DNA from: an uncultured delta proteobacterium
GTDB lineage: Bacteria > Desulfobacterota > RBG-13-43-22
Assembly (NCBI GenBank): GCA_963743305.1
Contig: CAVUPH010000013.1
Location: forward strand, 96,001 to 160,000
Direction of reading: 5' to 3'
DNA: 64,000 nucleotides
Shown: positions 59,641 through 64,000 of the stretch, in pieces
Numbering within the stretch: the stretch's first letter is position 1
Layout of the letters: the number at the start of each line of letters is the position of its first letter
Made by a program: the position numbers and the translations under genes
The notes under the pieces: model-generated
Seen by the model: the letters and a program-made list of their open reading frames with translations, nothing else
What the model was told of the DNA's origin: nothing
The model's database searches: none

Positions 59641-60978
59641 GTGCAAAATGATGGTCAAAGCGATAGTAATGGAGGGAAAGGTCAAGGCCGAACGGCTCGG
59701 CCAAGGAGGCGATTGGCCGCCCTGATTGCTTTGGGGCTGATGATTTTCCTCTTTGGGGGACAGGATTGTCCGGCGGCAACGAATGACTTATTCCTGGAGG
59801 CGATCTTGCCCGATCGACTGGGGCAAGCGGAACCACCTTTTGTTAAGCGGTCCAGAGTGGCAAAAATCAACTGGCAGGCCTTAGAGGCTGGAGCGGTTCA
59901 AGAAAACGACGAAAAGGGGAAGAAAACCGTTCGGTTGAACTTGTTCCCAGACACCGTTTATACGGCTTGGGTCCGGCGGACCGAGGTCACCCCCAACCGG
60001 GAAACAATTTGGCAGGGGGGGCTGGAAGGGAACCCGGCCAGCGAAGTGACCCTGGTGATGAAGGACGGCCTTTTGGTGGGTAATGTCAGTTCTCCCGGGG
60101 GAAGGTTTCAGATACGCTTTCTGGGGGAGGGATTTCACCGCATTCGAGAAGTGGATCCCGGCGGTTATCCACAGGAGGGGGCTCCCATTCCGGTCCTGAC
60201 GGGGAAGGATGGGGCCGAAAAAATTCCCGAAAAGAAAGGGCTCGCGGTTATTTTTCAAAAACTTTTTCTGCCAGCGATCTTTAAGCCCCCGATAGTCGAT
60301 GTAATGGTGGGGTATACCTCGAGGGCGCTGGCAGCGGCCGGAGGAATCTCGGCCGTCAACGCCTTGATTGCCCTGGCGGTGAGTGAAACCAATACCGGTT
60401 ATGCCAACAGCGGGATCGACCAGCGGATCAACCTGGTCCACACCCTGGAAGTGGCCTACTCCGAAGCCTTTTTTGATTGGGATGTCACTCTGGACCGGTT
60501 GCAGGGGACGAACGACGGCTTCATGGACCAAGTGCATCCCCTGAGAGAGATCAACCGGGCGGATTTGGTGGTGCTCTTGGTGAACGATGGGAATTTTTGT
60601 GGACTGGGATACCTGATGACTACACCCTCGACAGCCTTCGCCCCTTTTGGGTTCAGCCTGGTGAACTGGGAGTGTGCCACCGGAAATTATTCCCTGGCCC
60701 ATGAAATGGGGCACAACATGGGCAGCGAACACGATCGGGCCAACGCGGGAGGTTCGGGGAGTTATCCCTATTCCTTTGGATATCAGGCCCCGGACCAATC
60801 TTTTCGGACTATTATGGCCTACGATTGCCCTTTGGGCTGTCCTCGGATCAACCACTGGTCCAATCCGGATGTTTTTTATAATGGCCGACCCACCGGCGTG
60901 GGGTCCAGCTCCCCGGTCTCCGCCGATAACCGGCGGTCGCTCAACAATACGGCTCCTTTTGTGGGCAATTTTCGATAA
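59641..60978 (+). CDS. Secreted M12/reprolysin-like zinc metallopeptidase
   Basis: HEMGHNMGSEH, RTIMAY Met-turn, WSNP. Confidence 0.88.
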   Translation: MQNDGQSDSNGGKGQGRTARPRRRLAALIALGLMIFLFGGQDCPAATNDLFLEAILPDRLGQAEPPFVKRSRVAKINWQALEAGAVQENDEKGKKTVRLNLFPDTVYTAWVRRTEVTPNRETIWQGGLEGNPASEVTLVMKDGLLVGNVSSPGGRFQIRFLGEGFHRIREVDPGGYPQEGAPIPVLTGKDGAEKIPEKKGLAVIFQKLFLPAIFKPPIVDVMVGYTSRALAAAGGISAVNALIALAVSETNTGYANSGIDQRINLVHTLEVAYSEAFFDWDVTLDRLQGTNDGFMDQVHPLREINRADLVVLLVNDGNFCGLGYLMTTPSTAFAPFGFSLVNWECATGNYSLAHEMGHNMGSEHDRANAGGSGSYPYSFGYQAPDQSFRTIMAYDCPLGCPRINHWSNPDVFYNGRPTGVGSSSPVSADNRRSLNNTAPFVGNFR

Positions 60979-61025
60979 TTATAAATTAATAACAATACCA
61001 AACGTGGCTGGCGTCTATTTTCGTG

Positions 61026-61580
61026 CTAAACCTTAAGCCCCTCGCGGATATACCTCGCCCCCTCCTGCAGCGCCGCGGAGTTGATGGGGATCATCTTGTG
61101 ATAGCGCTTGTCCAGGGCCTTGGTCAGGGAATGGATCAACGCGTCTAAGGAGACCACCCGACTTTCTTCCACAATGGCGCCCAGCATGGTCATATTGGCC
61201 ATGCGGCTCTCCCCGGCCTTGGCGGCCAGTTCCATCGTCGGTATGGGGACAATCTTCGGGCCTTCAAAGGAGGCATCCTGAAGATCAATCAGGGAAGAAT
61301 TAACAAATACCGTTCCTCCCGGCTGGACCATGGGCCCGAACCGGAGCAGGGAAGGTTTATTCAACACGGCCGCCGCGAGCGGATGATGGATAATCGGGGA
61401 GCCAATTTCCCGGTCCGAGACGACCACCGTGCAATTGGCCGTTCCGCCCCGCATTTCCACGCCGTACACCGGCATGTAGGTAACCTGCCGCCCCTCTTCC
61501 ATGGCGGCATAGGCCAGAAGGTTGCCGATGAACATGACTCCCTGCCCCCCAAATCCGGCGATAATAATATCGAAATACAT
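61026..61580 (-). CDS. 2-oxoacid:ferredoxin oxidoreductase gamma subunit
   Basis: AGFGGQGV, YGVEMRGGTA, ANMTMLGA. Confidence 0.92.
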   Translation of the reverse strand: MYFDIIIAGFGGQGVMFIGNLLAYAAMEEGRQVTYMPVYGVEMRGGTANCTVVVSDREIGSPIIHHPLAAAVLNKPSLLRFGPMVQPGGTVFVNSSLIDLQDASFEGPKIVPIPTMELAAKAGESRMANMTMLGAIVEESRVVSLDALIHSLTKALDKRYHKMIPINSAALQEGARYIREGLKV

Positions 61581-62321
61581 CTAAGCCTCCTTCTCTTTGA
61601 AAACACCCAACGGGAAATAGGGGATCATTTCGTTCTGGATCCGTTGGTTGGCCTTTTCCGGGCTCATCTTCCAGTTGGTGGGACAGCTCGACAAGAATTC
61701 GATAAAGGCAAAACCGAGTTTGTTGATTTGGACTTCGAAGGCTTTTTTTAACATCTTCTTGGCCGTCATCAAGTGTTTGGGTGTATGGACCGCCACTCGG
61801 GCGGAGAAGGCCGTTCCCTCCAATACAGCCATGATCTCCGCCATCCTGATCGGATAGCCTTCGTTGTGGAAATCCCGGCCGTAGGGGCTGGTGGTGGTGG
61901 ACTGCCCCAGCATGGTGGTGGGGGCCATCTGTCCCCCGGTCATGCCGTAAACGGTATTATTGACAAAGATGATGGTGACCCCTTCTCCCCGGTTGGCGCA
62001 GTGCAGGCTTTCGGCGATGCCTATGGAGGCCAGGTCTCCGTCGCCCTGATAGGTAAATACGAAATTATCCGGGCGGGCTCGTTTAATGCCAGTGGCCACC
62101 GCCGCGGCTCGGCCGTGAGGAGACTCGCAAACATCCACGTCAAAATAATCATACATGAAGACCGAGCAACCCACCGAGGCGGCGCAGATAGTCTTTTCCC
62201 GGAGATGATAGGTATCAATACATTCCGCCACCAGGCGGTGAATGATCCCGTGATGGCAGCCAGGGCAGAAATGGAAAGGGACGTCGATTAAACTCTCGGG
62301 GCGTTTGAATACTTGTTTCAT
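61581..62321 (-). CDS. 2-oxoacid:ferredoxin oxidoreductase beta (TPP-binding) subunit
   Basis: [31 protein letters not shown]. Confidence 0.93.
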   Translation of the reverse strand: MKQVFKRPESLIDVPFHFCPGCHHGIIHRLVAECIDTYHLREKTICAASVGCSVFMYDYFDVDVCESPHGRAAAVATGIKRARPDNFVFTYQGDGDLASIGIAESLHCANRGEGVTIIFVNNTVYGMTGGQMAPTTMLGQSTTTSPYGRDFHNEGYPIRMAEIMAVLEGTAFSARVAVHTPKHLMTAKKMLKKAFEVQINKLGFAFIEFLSSCPTNWKMSPEKANQRIQNEMIPYFPLGVFKEKEA

Positions 62322-62345
62322 TAGTAATACCTCTTGAAAAACATT

Positions 62346-63404
62346 TTAACCACACCGGTACACTTTTTTGATCTCATCGAACAATTCATTGGGCGTAGGG
62401 ATCGACCCGGGCGGACGTCCGTAAAAATCCACATCCGCCCCCTTGTCCACCGAGAGCTTGACGTCTTCCACCATCTGGCCGGTGTTCAGTTCCACCACAA
62501 AAAAACGGCGGATGCGGCGAGACAGTTCCCGGAGGGGTTCTTCCGGATAGGGGTACAGGGTGATGGGGCGGAAAAGTCCGACCTTCATCCCTTGCTCCCG
62601 GGCCATATCGATGGAGGACTTGATGATTCGGGCTACGGACCCGAAGGAGACCACCACCAGGTCGGCATCTTCGATCAAATAGGTCTGGTATTCGATCTCC
62701 GCCTTCATGCGCTGGTATTTCTGGAAGAGGTTCCAATTGTGGACGGTCAACTCCCCCTCGGTCAGATAAAGGCTTTTCAGATATTGGGCTTTGCGACCCA
62801 CGGCCCCGGTCAGGGCCCAGGGCTTGGGAAATTCTTTGGGCTGGTAAGGATGCAGAGTGACCGGTTCCTTAATCTGCCCCAGCAGGGCATCACCCAGGAC
62901 CATCACCGGGTTCCGGTACTGGTCGGCCAGGTCAAAGGCCTTCATGGTCAGGTCGTAATTCTCCTGGGCGGAAAAAGGGGCCAGGACCAGCGTCCGATAG
63001 TCGCCGTGGCCTCCCCCCCGGGTGGCCTGAAAGTAATCCCCCTGGGAAGGGGAAATACCCCCCAGGCCCGGTCCGCTGCGGCTCATGTTGACGATGACCC
63101 CCGGGATCTCGGAACCGGCCATATAGGAGATTCCTTCCTGCTTTAAGGAAATGCCCGGACTGGAGGAGGAGGTCATGGCCCGGGCGCCCGTGGCCGCAGC
63201 GCCCAGGAGCATATTGATGGAGGCCACTTCGCTCTCCGCCTGGATGAAAGTCCCTCCGGCCAGTGGCAGGTGCCGGGACATGTATTCCGGGATGTCGTTC
63301 TGGGGAGTTATGGGGTAGCCGAAGTAAAAGCGGCATCCGGCGGCAATGGCCCCCATGGCGATGGCTTCGTTGCCTTTGATTAAATCAGTGCTTGGTTTAG
63401 TCAT
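62346..63404 (-). CDS. vorB: 2-oxoacid:ferredoxin oxidoreductase alpha subunit (2-oxoisovalerate VorB-like)
   Basis: GYPITPQ, QAESE, TSSSSPGISLKQE, GGGHGDY. Confidence 0.9.
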   Translation of the reverse strand: MTKPSTDLIKGNEAIAMGAIAAGCRFYFGYPITPQNDIPEYMSRHLPLAGGTFIQAESEVASINMLLGAAATGARAMTSSSSPGISLKQEGISYMAGSEIPGVIVNMSRSGPGLGGISPSQGDYFQATRGGGHGDYRTLVLAPFSAQENYDLTMKAFDLADQYRNPVMVLGDALLGQIKEPVTLHPYQPKEFPKPWALTGAVGRKAQYLKSLYLTEGELTVHNWNLFQKYQRMKAEIEYQTYLIEDADLVVVSFGSVARIIKSSIDMAREQGMKVGLFRPITLYPYPEEPLRELSRRIRRFFVVELNTGQMVEDVKLSVDKGADVDFYGRPPGSIPTPNELFDEIKKVYRCG

Positions 63405-63456
63405 GCGATTCCCTATTTATTCAAATTAGAAGGTTTTGCAAAAATTCTCAAAAACC

Positions 63457-63546
63457 GTCATTGCGAGCGGAGCCAAGCAATCCTCCGGTGAAGCATATGA
63501 GTGCCGGCTTTGGGGATTGCTTCGTCGCTTCGCTCCTCGCAATGAC
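63457..63546. repeat. Palindromic MITE/RPE-like element inside the oxidoreductase operon
   Basis: GTCATTGCGAG...CTCGCAATGAC; inverted copy of 34512-34610. Confidence 0.8.
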
Positions 63547-63587
63547 AGCCAGTGGGTTCTTTTTGTGAATGCATAAAATCTGATCCA

Positions 63588-63791
63588 CTACTTCCAGACC
63601 TCTATCGCCACATCCGGGCACATCTCGGCGCAGAGGGCGCAACCGGTGCAGGAGGCCTCATCTTTCAGACAGGCCACGGTATATCCCTGGTTGTTGATCC
63701 GATCGCTTAAGGCAATGATTTTTTTCGGGCAGGCCAAGACGCAAAGCCGGCAGCCTTTACAACGTTCTTCTTGAAAATTGACTTTGGGCAT
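63588..63791 (-). CDS. 2x[4Fe-4S] ferredoxin (delta subunit)
   Basis: CKGCRLCVLACP and CTGCALCAEMCP. Confidence 0.93.
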   Translation of the reverse strand: MPKVNFQEERCKGCRLCVLACPKKIIALSDRINNQGYTVACLKDEASCTGCALCAEMCPDVAIEVWK

Positions 63792-63815
63792 AAAACGAAT
63801 CCTCTAAAATCTTAT

Positions 63816-63895
63816 ACTGGAGTAATGGGGTAATGGAGCAATGGGGGTGATGGAAGAAAGGTCTTTAAGGAAAACTCCAACACTCCAACACCCAT
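63816..63895. repeat. Low-complexity (GGAGTAATG)n/(ACTCCAAC)n intergenic repeat
   Basis: GGAGTAATGGGGTAATGGAGCAATGG ... ACTCCAACACTCCAACACCCC. Confidence 0.55.
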
Positions 63896-64000
63896 ATGTT
63901 TTGCTAAGAACCCGTAAAGGAATAAGCCATACCATGCCGCGGTATCTCCGTTCATGCTGAGCCAGTCGAAGCATGGCCGTATCGTTCACCCTTCGACTGC

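Noticed and set aside
1-64000. CRISPR arrays, tRNA/rRNA genes, selC and long antisense ORFs (e.g. 27513-28064, 36222-37103, 59881-60855)
   Set aside because: No repeat-spacer array or RNA gene recognised; antisense ORFs are shadows of well-supported genes

Overview
64-kb window from an anaerobic bacterium, most likely Desulfobacterota/Deltaproteobacteria (inferred from gene content and protein style). Housekeeping and metabolic genes (TRAP transporter, glgA, polA, beta-keto acid cleavage enzyme, panE-like reductase, TsaA/TrmO, a four-subunit 2-oxoacid:ferredoxin oxidoreductase) alternate with accessory regions. These hold toxin-antitoxin pairs, an IS1380 element, palindromic repeats and deletion-scarred gene fragments. 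The main hidden signal is UGA recoding. Three genes are split in the ORF track by in-frame TGA codons at catalytic Cys positions, and each TGA is followed by a SECIS-like hairpin. They are a TlpA/peroxiredoxin-like protein (UxxC, 8705-9277) and two divergent organomercurial-lyase (MerB)-like paralogs (12141-12845 and 29276-30019). Each paralog carries TWO predicted selenocysteines, at the MerB Cys96 and Cys159 equivalents, and no mer operon is in the window. Other notable modules: a sigma-28-promoted operon (MCP, 62-aa protein, tandem V4R-like proteins); a sigma54-to-sigma28 signalling cassette with two HD-GYP regulators; and a MalT-like/BTAD regulator with a candidate 11-bp direct-repeat target. 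About nine single-base frameshifts, mostly +1 in short homopolymers, suggest uncorrected long-read errors rather than true pseudogenes.
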